From a virus, in the IMG/VR virus record IMGVR_UViG_3300027747_002377, positions 18,373-82,372 of that record: a stretch of 64,000 bases of DNA. One strand, written 5' to 3'. The position numbers and the translations under genes were made by a program. The number at the start of each line of letters is the position of its first letter. Within the stretch, counting starts at the first letter, position 1. Positions 1 to 9,764 of this stretch are shown piece after piece. Below the pieces are notes generated by a model that had not been told where the DNA came from, searched no databases, and saw nothing but the letters and a program-made list of their open reading frames with translations.

Positions 1-540
1 TTCTTTTTTAAATTCTTGGTACGGTAATATTTGACTACGTTGTCCTAGCCCGTAGCGCAAGGTTGCTTCAAGTAAAGGAGATTGAGAAGTGCGTCCGGTG
101 GGATCTTCTTCTTTTGAAACAGGTGCAACAGCTTTATAGCCAAGTGGCCGCAAGCCTTGTTGTACGGGGCCACGTACATTGCTAAGAGCAAGGAGCGTAA
201 GTGGCGCCAGCTTTCCCAGAGTTGCGCCTGTAACTGGGTCCATGCCTACGGTCTCTGCAACTCTTTTGCCTAGATCTCCAGCCATGCGAGGAACGTTTGT
301 ATATTTCCAAACATTCTTCAAACTGGCATCAGTTAAAAGATCACCAACAGCTGTAGCCGCAATTTTTTGTGGGTTAGAAGCAATGTCCTTTAAAGATGAA
401 AGTACGCTACCAGATTTAGAACCGAACCCATATTTACTTTGATATATAGACGAACGTAGTTCATCGGCCGCTGAATGAACAAACTTCTGAACAGATGCAA
501 GACTGTTTGTTAAGTAATTTGTAACAGTATTGACATTCAT
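1..540 (-). CDS. hypothetical protein, 3'-truncated by the window edge (possible virion protein)
   Basis: Manual translation: ATG at 540 (MNVNTVTNYLTNSLASVQKFV...) stays open for 180 codons to the window start; start overlaps the stop of 540..1091. Confidence 0.65.
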   Translation of the reverse strand, partial: MNVNTVTNYLTNSLASVQKFVHSAADELRSSIYQSKYGFGSKSGSVLSSLKDIASNPQKIAATAVGDLLTDASLKNVWKYTNVPRMAGDLGKRVAETVGMDPVTGATLGKLAPLTLLALSNVRGPVQQGLRPLGYKAVAPVSKEEDPTGRTSQSPLLEATLRYGLGQRSQILPYQEFKKE

Positions 541-1091
541 TAGCCGTATTGAGGAGAATTTGCGGACACTATTCTATACATTGTATCTAGATCGGCGCTT
601 GGATTGCGGTGTACAATTTCTGTTGGTGCGCGATAGTTTTTAGCCATGGCTAGAGCAATTTCGTTATTGTAACGTTGTTGCTCAAGGTCTGCATGATATT
701 GTTGCATCTGCATTAAATCATTACCAGAAGCATAGGGCTGCTGATGTGATTCTGGTGTGATTATATTTGAAACTGCGTGAGACAACGGAGTTGCTGCAAT
801 CTGACCAGTTAGATTAGCCACTGAAGCAGGTACCCCAAGTGCTTCCATCCCACTGGAAATAGGTGCAGCAATACCTGAATGTACTGCCGCATTAATTAAA
901 GATTGAGGTATTGTCCGTTGTGGTTGTTGATTTACAAGACGTGGCAATACTTGCTGAGTAGCGGCGCCAACAGCAGTATCAAGTGCTACTTGTGTACCAA
1001 GTGCTGAAAGCGTAGCTGGATTACTGAAATGTGCCTTCATGGCTTGTCCAGCCATTCGTGCGCCAGATAGGATTGAGGATAGAGGGTTCAT
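540..1091 (-). CDS. hypothetical Ala/Gln-rich protein
   Basis: 183 aa ORF, coupled to both neighbours. Confidence 0.7.
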   Translation of the reverse strand: MNPLSSILSGARMAGQAMKAHFSNPATLSALGTQVALDTAVGAATQQVLPRLVNQQPQRTIPQSLINAAVHSGIAAPISSGMEALGVPASVANLTGQIAATPLSHAVSNIITPESHQQPYASGNDLMQMQQYHADLEQQRYNNEIALAMAKNYRAPTEIVHRNPSADLDTMYRIVSANSPQYG

Positions 1092-1552
1092 GAGGTGGCT
1101 ACTCCATTGCTGCCTGGAATTTTTCCTGCTATTACTTTACTAGGCATATCCATTGGTTGCTTACTTTGAAATGCAGAAATTGTTGATAAATCTACTTTGT
1201 CTTCTTCTGGTATGAGCCCACGATTGACGCCAGAGGCGTATTTATTTGCCCAATCTGTTGCAAGTTCTACGTTGCGAGGATCTTTAAATTTTGGTTTCCC
1301 ATCAGCATTGTCAAATTTTTCTTGTGATGCCATGGCTGTATCCGCACTAAAAATAGCACGATTAATAAAATTTCTTCCTACTGTAGATTCACGTGCTTCA
1401 ACGTAAGGATTATTTTTTGTATAACGTGATAAAAACTTTTGTGGGTCATTTAACACATCAGGATATGGACCAGTGGTACCTGAATAAACAGGCTGACCGT
1501 CGCGCACAGCTTGGTCTCTTACCCCAAAATTATGACTATAATACTGAGTCAT
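1088..1552 (-). CDS. hypothetical protein (FLxxY motif)
   Basis: 154 aa ORF in the minus-strand run; QKFLSRYT. Confidence 0.7.
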   Translation of the reverse strand: MTQYYSHNFGVRDQAVRDGQPVYSGTTGPYPDVLNDPQKFLSRYTKNNPYVEARESTVGRNFINRAIFSADTAMASQEKFDNADGKPKFKDPRNVELATDWANKYASGVNRGLIPEEDKVDLSTISAFQSKQPMDMPSKVIAGKIPGSNGVATS

Positions 1553-1557
1553 TTTTT

Positions 1558-1761
1558 TTATTTATTTTCTCTGTGCTTGCGTAGTTTACTTAGGGTCTTT
1601 GCCAGGTTAGCTTGTTTAACGGTGGTCTTATCATATTTTTCAGGATTTGCAGTCACCTGTGCGGCAAGTTCTTTTGTAGACATGCCGCGTTCTTCTGCTT
1701 TTTTAGTAAAGGCGCCGGGATGTTTGATTGCGCCTTGTATCCAGTTCTTGTCTTCAGCCAC
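1558..1761 (-). CDS. small basic conserved phage protein
   Basis: KNWIQGAIKHPGAF N-terminus, a pattern common in aquatic phages. Confidence 0.7.
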   Translation of the reverse strand: MAEDKNWIQGAIKHPGAFTKKAEERGMSTKELAAQVTANPEKYDKTTVKQANLAKTLSKLRKHRENK

Positions 1762-1763
1762 GG

Positions 1764-2213
1764 TTACTTAGCAAGTAAAGATTTAACGTAAGAAATACCA
1801 ACTTTTTTATTTACAAGACCATTTACGACTTCAGTGATTTGCTTGGCAGCAAGCACTTGAGGTACTTCATATGCGGACTTGGAATATTGACGAACTTTGT
1901 CTGCTGCTTTTTGTGGCAACCAACGTTCGGCAATTAAGATTGAAATATCTTTTACTTCTTTTGGTGTAAGCGTACCGTCGCTGACGGCTTCTACTGTAAG
2001 TTGAATAGCTTGGTCAATATCCGAACCGTTCCATTTTGATAGGTTCCTATCCAGGATTGGATCGACAATATCGTAAGCTTTCTTGATTACTGGACCGTAC
2101 TTAAGGATATTAGATGCAACCTTAAGGCGATTGAATTTAGTAACTGCAACCGTAATTCCAGCTCCCACCAGGAGGAAAAAAGCTGGTATAAGAATTGGTT
2201 CGAGTCCTGTCAC
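1764..2213 (-). CDS. membrane-anchored hypothetical protein
   Basis: N-terminal hydrophobic helix ILIPAFFLLVGAGITVAV; TAGAAT box upstream. Confidence 0.7.
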   Translation of the reverse strand: MTGLEPILIPAFFLLVGAGITVAVTKFNRLKVASNILKYGPVIKKAYDIVDPILDRNLSKWNGSDIDQAIQLTVEAVSDGTLTPKEVKDISILIAERWLPQKAADKVRQYSKSAYEVPQVLAAKQITEVVNGLVNKKVGISYVKSLLAK

Positions 2214-2255
2214 GGCAATTCCTCAGTTTTGTTCATTCTAGCCTTAGTATGCCGT

Positions 2256-4601
2256 TTAATACGGATTGAGTTTGGTACCGATGCCAATGTTTTTCATAAT
2301 TCCTGAAACCGTTTCATCGGATGGTCCGGGTATGCCTACTGGGACTTGACTTGTTTCTGAGCGCATTACACCACGAGAACGTGCTCGGCCTGCAAGGTGG
2401 CCAAAATTCTCAAGTCCTACTTGTCCTGTAGAGGTATTACGTGCAACTCCCATTAAAGTATTAAGTGCTCCATAAGCAAGTTGCGGATCATTTGCAACTG
2501 CCATGTGTATACCAGACTGGCGTAAGGCGTTATCAAATTGTTGGGCCAGCATTGGATAAGCAGATTTGCTTATACCTTTTGTATTAAAAAGTTTATTTGC
2601 GGCGTCAATAAATTCAGGATTTCTGTTTTCTATTACGCGACCATATTTAGTAACTGTGTGCGGATCAGGTAACTCTATTCCATTTGCTGCTGCATGTTGT
2701 TGTGCAACGTTTGCAAAAATAGCGTGAGCTTGATCCCCGATGCGTCGTCGGAAATCATTGGTGGTCATTGGGACTAAACCACCTTCTGTTTTTAAATGCA
2801 GAACTTGACTTGAGCTTTGTGGGCCAAGAAGTGAATTAAATGCTTTTACTCTATCTGAACTTGTTGCGTTTTCATATGTTCTTGCTGATATTTCTGGATC
2901 AGATCCTGTTGTTTGACCAGTAAAGCCTGCATACTCAATTCTTCCTTCAGCAAGGGCTTCTTTGTCAAGTGCGCTTACGTTACGCATTGTCCGACCGCCA
3001 GAGGCTGAAATAACTGCGGAAGGATTTGCAACTTCCGGAGTTACACCGTGTACATACTCAGAACTAAGGGTTTCACGTGATGCGCCTTGACGACCTTGTT
3101 TGGTTAGGCCAGCCACGTTTTCTTCTACATAACGATCAAGAAGATCTTTAGGAGTAGCGCCCCTTACTTCACCAGTACCAACTTCCATTGTGCGTCCGGT
3201 AAATTTAGTTTGCCCCGGATCAAATGTTTCTCCGCCAAGTGCAACATTACCTGTTTTCTCATAAGCTTTTTGCATTATATGGGAAAGCTCACCACTACTA
3301 ACTGCGGCGTGCGCTTGATCAAGTGAAATACGTTCTCCAGTTTTTGCAAAAACTTCTGCAACAAGGTTTGCAGCTTTCAAATCTTCTGGAGAAACATTAC
3401 GTTCAGGCCTTGCACCACGGGTATACCATGGGTCTCTGATTTCTCCTTTAATTGTTTGTACTGGAGGAAGTTCAAACCTACCTTCCCTTGCTTTCCGAGT
3501 ATGTTCTCCTGTCCATGGATCGGCTTGTTGCGTTAAACCAGAAATAAATGAATCAACTTTATCTATTGTTGAAGGAACAGTAGCTGAAGTTTGTTGTGAG
3601 ACGTTAAAAAGTTCCGGCTGCACTACATTTGCACTTTGACCAGTTAAGGTTTCTCCGCTTGATGGTTCAACTCCAGCTAGGGAACGCATCCGCGCCAAAG
3701 CATCAACTTTAGGCATTTCTGAAAGTTCTAATTGAACTGGGTCTGCTGGGTCAACGCCACGACGAATTTCTTCAAACGTTAAACCTGCTTTACGTTTATT
3801 TGCTACATCAAGAAGACGTGCAGTAGCTTCTGACCGTTGTTGTTGTGCAACAATGTCGCCGGTCTGTTCTGGAGCAAATGTCTGGCTTGAAGTGATTACT
3901 TCGCTTTCAGTTACAGGTTTTGTACTTAAAACCTCACGAACAGGCGATCCAACCGGAGATCCTTTTGCAATTTGTACTTCTTGGGTTGAAACTGGCACAT
4001 CTGCTTGGTTGTAACGTTGTGCAGTTGTTGGAGGGGTTACATCGCCAGAATTACGGATTGTGTCTGGATCAACGCCACGGTCTATCCCTAATCCCCCTAA
4101 GAAGCTTGAAACACGGTTACCAATATTTTGTGCGCTTTGTTTAATGGTTGCGCCAGCATTTTGTACAGCTTGACGACCTTCTGGAGTAACAGCAAGTGCA
4201 ACGCCACCTGCAACAAGTCCGGCGCCAAGTGCTGCACGACCTAAATTACGAACTAAATTATGTTGTTGTGCTTCATCTTCAATGCGATCTGATTCTTGAT
4301 TAATATAGTGTTCGCCAGTAAGTGTTGCGTCGTGTGTACCTACAACTTTTGAAACGTTGTTATCTGGCGTAACAGGTGAATGCAAAGCGCTATCTGCATC
4401 AAAGCGCTGCATAGAAACCGGCTGATCGTATACAATATTTGCGCCAGGGTTACTTAGAACCCTATTTGCCCCTGATTTACCAAAATTACGTACAAATTCA
4501 TGTACATGAGGCGCCATCGCCATCTTTTCTTCTGGTGTTTGAGGGTATTTATTGCCTGTAGAGGACGCCCAGAGAGCAAAATCCTGCGGTGATACGGGCA
4601 T
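2256..4601 (-). CDS. large low-complexity protein, putative internal virion/ejection protein
   Basis: 781 aa, S/T/A/G/Q-rich, one hydrophobic segment (ALGAGLVAGGVALAV); function is inference. Confidence 0.7.
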   Translation of the reverse strand: MPVSPQDFALWASSTGNKYPQTPEEKMAMAPHVHEFVRNFGKSGANRVLSNPGANIVYDQPVSMQRFDADSALHSPVTPDNNVSKVVGTHDATLTGEHYINQESDRIEDEAQQHNLVRNLGRAALGAGLVAGGVALAVTPEGRQAVQNAGATIKQSAQNIGNRVSSFLGGLGIDRGVDPDTIRNSGDVTPPTTAQRYNQADVPVSTQEVQIAKGSPVGSPVREVLSTKPVTESEVITSSQTFAPEQTGDIVAQQQRSEATARLLDVANKRKAGLTFEEIRRGVDPADPVQLELSEMPKVDALARMRSLAGVEPSSGETLTGQSANVVQPELFNVSQQTSATVPSTIDKVDSFISGLTQQADPWTGEHTRKAREGRFELPPVQTIKGEIRDPWYTRGARPERNVSPEDLKAANLVAEVFAKTGERISLDQAHAAVSSGELSHIMQKAYEKTGNVALGGETFDPGQTKFTGRTMEVGTGEVRGATPKDLLDRYVEENVAGLTKQGRQGASRETLSSEYVHGVTPEVANPSAVISASGGRTMRNVSALDKEALAEGRIEYAGFTGQTTGSDPEISARTYENATSSDRVKAFNSLLGPQSSSQVLHLKTEGGLVPMTTNDFRRRIGDQAHAIFANVAQQHAAANGIELPDPHTVTKYGRVIENRNPEFIDAANKLFNTKGISKSAYPMLAQQFDNALRQSGIHMAVANDPQLAYGALNTLMGVARNTSTGQVGLENFGHLAGRARSRGVMRSETSQVPVGIPGPSDETVSGIMKNIGIGTKLNPY

Positions 4602-5280
4602 CTTATTTAAATTCTTTGATATATCTGATTTTAAGCTCTATAAACATGCTGTGACCCCTATCGGCGCCTTAAAATAGGCCATTTTGGGGTAAAAATTACG
4701 GCAGGCATCAAGCAACTATAGCGCCAGAGGGTGGGCTGAAACAAAAAAAGAAAGGGTAGATGCACGGGTGCATTGGACGGTGCGTTAAGAGTAGGTTATA
4801 CGTTATGTATGTGTGTAGGTTGAGGCTTCCTCTGCGCTTGGGAGCGTATGTTAAGACATTTGCTTCGATTGATAGTATATAGTGCTTCGATTAAAAATTT
4901 TATTCGATGGGTGAAGCAGGATTTGTGTTTCACCTGCTGCGTTTAAACCAGGTTTACCCTGTTATACTTCCCAAACCTTAATTTATATGCCCTTCTCCCT
5001 TATTCTCCCTCCAAATCCCTTCCAGCGCAACGCATCTCAGCGTTTCCGTCAGGTGGAAAGTGGCCAGCCAGGAAAATTCGGCAGGAGCTGTGGATATCTT
5101 TTCTTGCTTTAATTTTAACTACGTTTTTATTTAGTATAACCTTTTGCTGCGTAAGATTTGTATTTATTCGGGAATTAAATTTTGTATTTAATACTACTTC
5201 GTTGTAGACGACTTCCTCCAGGCTTCGATGCTTGGATGCAGTCCTCTTGACTGCAATCAATTCTACCAAAGCTAACTCCA

Positions 5281-5505
5281 ATGAACAACACATCTCCTTT
5301 CCAAGATGCTTTCTTTGCTGCAGAAGAGGCTGCAGAAGAAGCTGCAATGAATGAGTTTATGGCTAAGAATGACGCCAACGCAACTCTTGCAAAGGTTGCA
5401 TTCAAAGTTGCATTCACAGCTGCAGTAGCAGGTGTTGGATACCTTGCAACACGCCCCAGAGTAAAACGAGCAGTTGCTGAACTGTTCAAAGCTGAATCCG
5501 TTTAA
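5281..5505 (+). CDS. early hypothetical protein with a hydrophobic segment
   Basis: 74 aa, first ORF of the plus-strand cluster. Confidence 0.6.
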   Translation: MNNTSPFQDAFFAAEEAAEEAAMNEFMAKNDANATLAKVAFKVAFTAAVAGVGYLATRPRVKRAVAELFKAESV

Positions 5506-5537
5506 GCGGTCAGGGAGGTGCAATGCCTCCCGCAGCT
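5490..5537 (+). ncRNA. tRNA-like three-way-junction element (copy 1)
   Basis: AGCTG/CAGCT closing stem, CCGT-TTAA-GCGG arm, GGGAGG-TGCAATG-CCTCCC T-arm-like hairpin. Confidence 0.45.
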
Positions 5538-5627
5538 CTTACCAACACTACGTTTTAATGTTTTGTTGGTTCTCTGAAGTAAGTTTTGTATTTAAACTTG
5601 CTTCGTTTTATCCTTTGCACCACCGGT

Positions 5628-5888
5628 ATGACCTCTACCACCGCTGTGTACAACATGATCCAGGATCTACGTATCCTGGCTCGCAGAGATTCCAGTGAGT
5701 ATCACCCTATGGTTGATCGTGACCTGGAACAATTCCGCCTCTCCTTCCTTGATGCCTTCGAGGCATTCATGGACCTAGGCAAAGGTGATCTCCAGCCATT
5801 CATTGTGGTTGGAAATAAGATCATCTCCAGTAACAAAGAGTTACTGAAATGGCTTAAGCATGAGCTTGAGCTAGAAGCTGACTGGTAA
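5628..5888 (+). CDS. early hypothetical protein
   Basis: ORF 5586..5888; ATG at 5628 follows a TCCTTTGCA motif. Confidence 0.65.
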   Translation: MTSTTAVYNMIQDLRILARRDSSEYHPMVDRDLEQFRLSFLDAFEAFMDLGKGDLQPFIVVGNKIISSNKELLKWLKHELELEADW

Positions 5889-5924
5889 CCAGACCAGCGG
5901 GGAGGTTTGAGCCCTCCCTCAGTT
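5876..5924 (+). ncRNA. tRNA-like three-way-junction element (copy 2)
   Basis: AGCTGA/TCAGTT stem, CTGGT..ACCAG arm, GGGAGG-TTTGAGC-CCTCCC hairpin. Confidence 0.45.
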
Positions 5925-5963
5925 ATTGCCCAGTAATGGGCACCAACCAAACAGGAGTACCCA

Positions 5964-6158
5964 ATGCTTTCATGGTCACCAGAAGGTTGTCCTACTCACC
6001 GGGTTACCTGGTATGGAGGACAGTCAACTCAAATACACTTTGAAATACTACAGAAAGACGAATGGCGCCAAGTGGATATCAAGACCTTAAATGAACTACC
6101 TACCGGCGTTAAAGAATTTCAAGAACTGCTTATTGACTGCTATCAAGATTTTGTCTGA
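5964..6158 (+). CDS. early hypothetical protein
   Basis: 64 aa, AGGAG upstream. Confidence 0.65.
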   Translation: MLSWSPEGCPTHRVTWYGGQSTQIHFEILQKDEWRQVDIKTLNELPTGVKEFQELLIDCYQDFV

Positions 6159-6233
6159 TAACACTTAAAGATTTATTAACTTACCCAATCGCAGCCTGGG
6201 TCAGGATGCTGCTTATTCCTTTGCTTTCACAAC

Positions 6234-6641
6234 ATGTCTTCAGCTAACAACGGAATGATCGTCGGTACCATCGTGTCCGACATCATTCAACGTCAACCTA
6301 ATGATCAACTCGCAGTAACACAATTCCGTGTTGCTCCAGTCGACGCCAGGAAAGAAGATTCTCCTATTCCATTAACTGCTTACAACGGTATTGGTACCAA
6401 CATCGTTGATAAGTACAATCAAGGTGATCTTGTAAGCGCTTCTTACAGATTGCGCTACCAAACCTGGCAAGACCCAGAAGGCAAGTATCTCAGCCGAATG
6501 GAAGTTGTAGTGACATCCATTACTACAATCCGTCTCGGTAAGATCAGTACTGCCAAACGAGCAGAAGCTGCAGCTGGAACTGACAATCCAACTGAACCTC
6601 AGCTCAACATCCTAGAAGAAGCTAAACTCGCTTCTTTGTAA
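6234..6641 (+). CDS. ssb: single-stranded DNA-binding protein (OB fold)
   Basis: SSB-like pattern: IVGTIVSD, QFRVA, QGDLVSASYRLRYQTWQDPEG, MEVVV. Confidence 0.7.
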   Translation: MSSANNGMIVGTIVSDIIQRQPNDQLAVTQFRVAPVDARKEDSPIPLTAYNGIGTNIVDKYNQGDLVSASYRLRYQTWQDPEGKYLSRMEVVVTSITTIRLGKISTAKRAEAAAGTDNPTEPQLNILEEAKLASL

Positions 6642-6832
6642 TAAATTTTCACTCTATAGGGTAGTTTTAGCATTTGTTGAAACTACTCCTTGGAATGAAT
6701 TCTCCTACTGATGGTCACAAGAAGGAGATCCTTTGATCCCTTTTCTGTGGTCCTCACCTGAGGCCCGCTGTGTGAAACTTAAGGTTTTCTTTATGTTTCC
6801 ACACAACAAATCACTTCCTTTCCACTAACAAC

Positions 6833-7072
6833 ATGTCCAAACCTTTCATTGCTTTCGTCGGACTCACACTGACCGGAACAGTAGCTTGGCTCAAACTCAA
6901 CGAAGAACAGCAGGAACGCATCAAAGAAGTGATCAAGATTAACCGGCGCAAGCTTGCTAACCTGATTGCTCCAAGTGAAGATCTTGGTGACCTAACAAAC
7001 GCAGTAGATCCTGCTGTCCTGGAAGAAATTGCTGCATTCTGTAATGCAACTCCAGGCACAGAAGAAGCCTGA
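6833..7072 (+). CDS. early hypothetical protein
   Basis: 79 aa, N-terminal hydrophobic stretch. Confidence 0.6.
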   Translation: MSKPFIAFVGLTLTGTVAWLKLNEEQQERIKEVIKINRRKLANLIAPSEDLGDLTNAVDPAVLEEIAAFCNATPGTEEA

Positions 7073-7150
7073 CACCGCAACAATTTAATCATTTTTATGG
7101 AGTGAGTTTGTATTTAAGCTCGCTCCGTTTTATTCCTTTGCAATCAAACC

Positions 7151-7387
7151 ATGCAACGTCAAGACTACTCCTTTCTCTATCAGAAGAACAGCGACGGTTA
7201 CCTCGTTACAATCCGTGGTGACTTTGCTGAAATGACCCGTGTGAACGTTGTTGAGAAACGTTCTCAATACATCAAACTGGAAGCTCCTGTCGATGTAATC
7301 CGCCAGTCAGTCAATCAACTGATCGGTCGAGGCTACCGACAAGTCAAAGCTCTTGAGCTAAGCTGGAGAGCACTCGCTTCCGATTGA
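7151..7387 (+). CDS. early hypothetical protein
   Basis: 78 aa, follows TCCTTTGCA. Confidence 0.65.
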   Translation: MQRQDYSFLYQKNSDGYLVTIRGDFAEMTRVNVVEKRSQYIKLEAPVDVIRQSVNQLIGRGYRQVKALELSWRALASD

Positions 7388-7478
7388 CAATCACAAGAAG
7401 GGGCGTGAGTCTCATGAGTCTTACGCCTTTTCCTGTGGTTCTCACCATGAACCACAACCCATTTACAATCCTTTGCAA

Positions 7479-7691
7479 ATGAACCCTGTTATTGCCGCCA
7501 TTGCGTCCGGTACTCTTCTCGGTTTCGGAACAACAATGGTTCTTCAAGATCTAATCAACGTTCACGTCTCCAAAAGCTGCAACACAACGCTAAACCAAAT
7601 AGTTACCGTTCGTGGTGTAACTGGTGACGCAAAATACTGCATCTCTACAAAACTTCTTCACGGTCCCAGTAACCTCAACCTAAATCAATGA
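7479..7691 (+). CDS. small membrane/secreted hypothetical protein
   Basis: N-terminal hydrophobic helix, two Cys. Confidence 0.6.
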   Translation: MNPVIAAIASGTLLGFGTTMVLQDLINVHVSKSCNTTLNQIVTVRGVTGDAKYCISTKLLHGPSNLNLNQ

Positions 7692-7891
7692 TCGGTTTCT
7701 CAATTGAATTCAAACGCTGGTACTTTGTACTACGTGGACCACTGGGTAGAGTTTATTTAACTGCCGGTTTTGCTTCAAGGCCGCCAGTTGTAATTCCTAG
7801 TGGCTTTACTACGTGGAAAGATTTTTTTGATAAGGAAGGACATGATTTGTGTTCACCTGACGAACAGCCTGAAGATACCTTAACTCAGTAA
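7688..7891 (+). CDS. early hypothetical protein
   Basis: 67 aa, ATGA-coupled. Confidence 0.6.
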   Translation: MIGFSIEFKRWYFVLRGPLGRVYLTAGFASRPPVVIPSGFTTWKDFFDKEGHDLCSPDEQPEDTLTQ

Positions 7892-7954
7892 CAACTATCC
7901 TGGCATTCAGCGCCAACCTGATGTAAGCCCAGGACATTCCTTTGCAACCTAACA

Positions 7955-8233
7955 ATGCTTAACTCTGGACAACAACTCGTGGCCAAGGTCATGGGTTACA
8001 ACCCCCTCTCAGAAGAGGAAGGTGCAGAACCTACAGACCTCTTCGCTTGCAACCTTCCTAACGACATCAGAGAAGGTTGGCCAGTTGTCAAATGGAAAGG
8101 CAACTGGTACAACGTTCCAACCATGGAGGAAGTAGAAGAGTGGACATTCGACTCAGTATGTTTCACCCCAGATGAAGATGAAGTCGAACCAGACGATCCG
8201 AAATCCTGGCTTTCAATCCTTGGAATGATCTAA
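7955..8233 (+). CDS. conserved cyanophage-type hypothetical protein
   Basis: C-terminus PTMEEVEEWTFDSVCFTPD..VEPD.P.SWL.ILG. Confidence 0.65.
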   Translation: MLNSGQQLVAKVMGYNPLSEEEGAEPTDLFACNLPNDIREGWPVVKWKGNWYNVPTMEEVEEWTFDSVCFTPDEDEVEPDDPKSWLSILGMI

Positions 8234-8237
8234 CAAC

Positions 8238-8429
8238 ATGAACTTCATTGACGAACAACGCAATGCTGACATGCTTGATGCCCTGTCAGACATTGCAAAC
8301 GAACAAGAAGCTGCAATGCGTGAGTCTGATCAGTCTGACTGGGATGGTGTATGCGAAATCTCAGCAGACAAACGCAACGCCTGTGACAACTACAACGAAA
8401 GGTACGTCTTACCTGATTACAGGGTCTGA
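8238..8429 (+). CDS. early hypothetical acidic protein
   Basis: 63 aa ORF. Confidence 0.55.
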   Translation: MNFIDEQRNADMLDALSDIANEQEAAMRESDQSDWDGVCEISADKRNACDNYNERYVLPDYRV

Positions 8430-8476
8430 CCTTTCTAAATAGCTTAACCAAACCTTAATATCCGCAATCAACACAA

Positions 8477-8734
8477 ATGAACTATGACTTCTACATTCCT
8501 GGTAACGTGTACGACTTAACAAATCGCTTACCTGCAGACAGGAATGGAGACCGTTTCGGTATGGTCTTATTCTTCCATCCAAAAGTTGGTTGGACCTGTG
8601 AGCCCTGGTCCGATGCAGCATACTTTCAAAGTGAAGGCTACACTTCATGGACTCACACTCCAACCATGCCAAAAGTTCTGATTCATTCTCCAATGCAATC
8701 AGATATAGCAAACCAAAACTTGATTGAAGGCTGA
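8477..8734 (+). CDS. early hypothetical protein
   Basis: 85 aa; LP...GMVLFF...SWTHTP pattern. Confidence 0.6.
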   Translation: MNYDFYIPGNVYDLTNRLPADRNGDRFGMVLFFHPKVGWTCEPWSDAAYFQSEGYTSWTHTPTMPKVLIHSPMQSDIANQNLIEG

Positions 8735-9038
8735 CCTCTACTCCATTTCTAACGCCATGGACATCAAAGACATCACAATTGAAGATGACATCATTACAAT
8801 CACAGCACTAATAGAAGATAAAGTCCTTCTGCGTCTTTCTGATAGTGTCAACCCAGCAGAATACGGTCCTGCAATCTGTACTGCTGTAATCGACATTACA
8901 GATGTACCAGATTGGATCAATCTATCTCTGCTATCACAAATCGAACGAATGCACGTCCTTAAAAGTCTTTTTAACTTTGACAAACTGGATTGGGAAGTAG
9001 TTGAGAATAATATTGACGATTTTAATGACGTTTATTAA
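8724..9038 (+). CDS. early hypothetical protein
   Basis: 104 aa; PAEYGPAIC motif; real start may be ATG 8757. Confidence 0.6.
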   Translation: MKADLYSISNAMDIKDITIEDDIITITALIEDKVLLRLSDSVNPAEYGPAICTAVIDITDVPDWINLSLLSQIERMHVLKSLFNFDKLDWEVVENNIDDFNDVY

Positions 9039-9068
9039 TCACCACAACCTCACAAATTTTAATTAGAT

Positions 9069-9401
9069 ATGACTAATCAACACCCGATCACCCCACCGCC
9101 TGAACTTGTTGAGCAGTGGGTCCGTATGCTTGAGTACCTCCCAGACAAACAAGTTTTTAGTGAAGTTGCCCAATGGGGCGCCGACCAGGAGCTGGAGGCG
9201 TGTTGTGAGTGGCTTGAAGCTAATGGTTATCCTGGCACTGCTTTTGAACTCAATGATCTCCGCCGCCCCCAGCCGCCGAGCTTGAAAGAGCAGGCTTTGA
9301 CTGCGCTACACGCTGTTGCGACAGGAGCAAATGACACCCGTGAACAATACCAAGACCTTGACACCATCCGCCGCGCACTGGAGGCCCTGCCCAATGACTG
9401 A
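9069..9401 (+). CDS. conserved cyanophage hypothetical protein (HPITPPPELV / WGADQELEACCEWL family)
   Basis: Recognisable family motifs; locally higher GC. Confidence 0.7.
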   Translation: MTNQHPITPPPELVEQWVRMLEYLPDKQVFSEVAQWGADQELEACCEWLEANGYPGTAFELNDLRRPQPPSLKEQALTALHAVATGANDTREQYQDLDTIRRALEALPND

Positions 9402-9675
9402 ACAATCTACAAAACTGCAAGATCAACACCCAATTGAACTGTTGATTCTTGCTTTCTTCTTTGTTGCCGCCGCTATCATCGACCTTTGGCAAGCTCTACA
9501 CCTGGTTTACTCCAGGGAATTAGCTTTACAAAGAAGGGAAGCTAGGACAAATGTACTAGTCCCGGTAGTAGAACAGGTCGCTCCAGTAGAAGAAATTACT
9601 GCTGCCCCACCATCCGCTAAAGTAAAGACGACCTCAAGGGCCGCCAAAGGCTTTAACACCTCTGTAAAACCTTAA
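9394..9675 (+). CDS. membrane hypothetical protein
   Basis: TM helix LLILAFFFVAAAII; ATG 9394. Confidence 0.6.
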   Translation: MTEQSTKLQDQHPIELLILAFFFVAAAIIDLWQALHLVYSRELALQRREARTNVLVPVVEQVAPVEEITAAPPSAKVKTTSRAAKGFNTSVKP

Positions 9676-9764
9676 GAGAATCTAAAGATCAACTGGTTTG
9701 ATTTGGGGTTAAGCCTGCTGCGTTTAACCCCATTCTTTTTGTCCTTTTGCGTTTAACTCTCACC

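Noticed and set aside
5000-5950. Minus-strand ORFs 5000..5347, 5175..5489, 5272..5523 and 5702..5950
   Set aside because: Shadows of plus-strand early genes or spacer, with no protein-like motifs
6708-6780. Hammerhead-like CTGATG / CTGAGG...GAAAC words
   Set aside because: The CUGANGA core and stem II-GAAA geometry are not met
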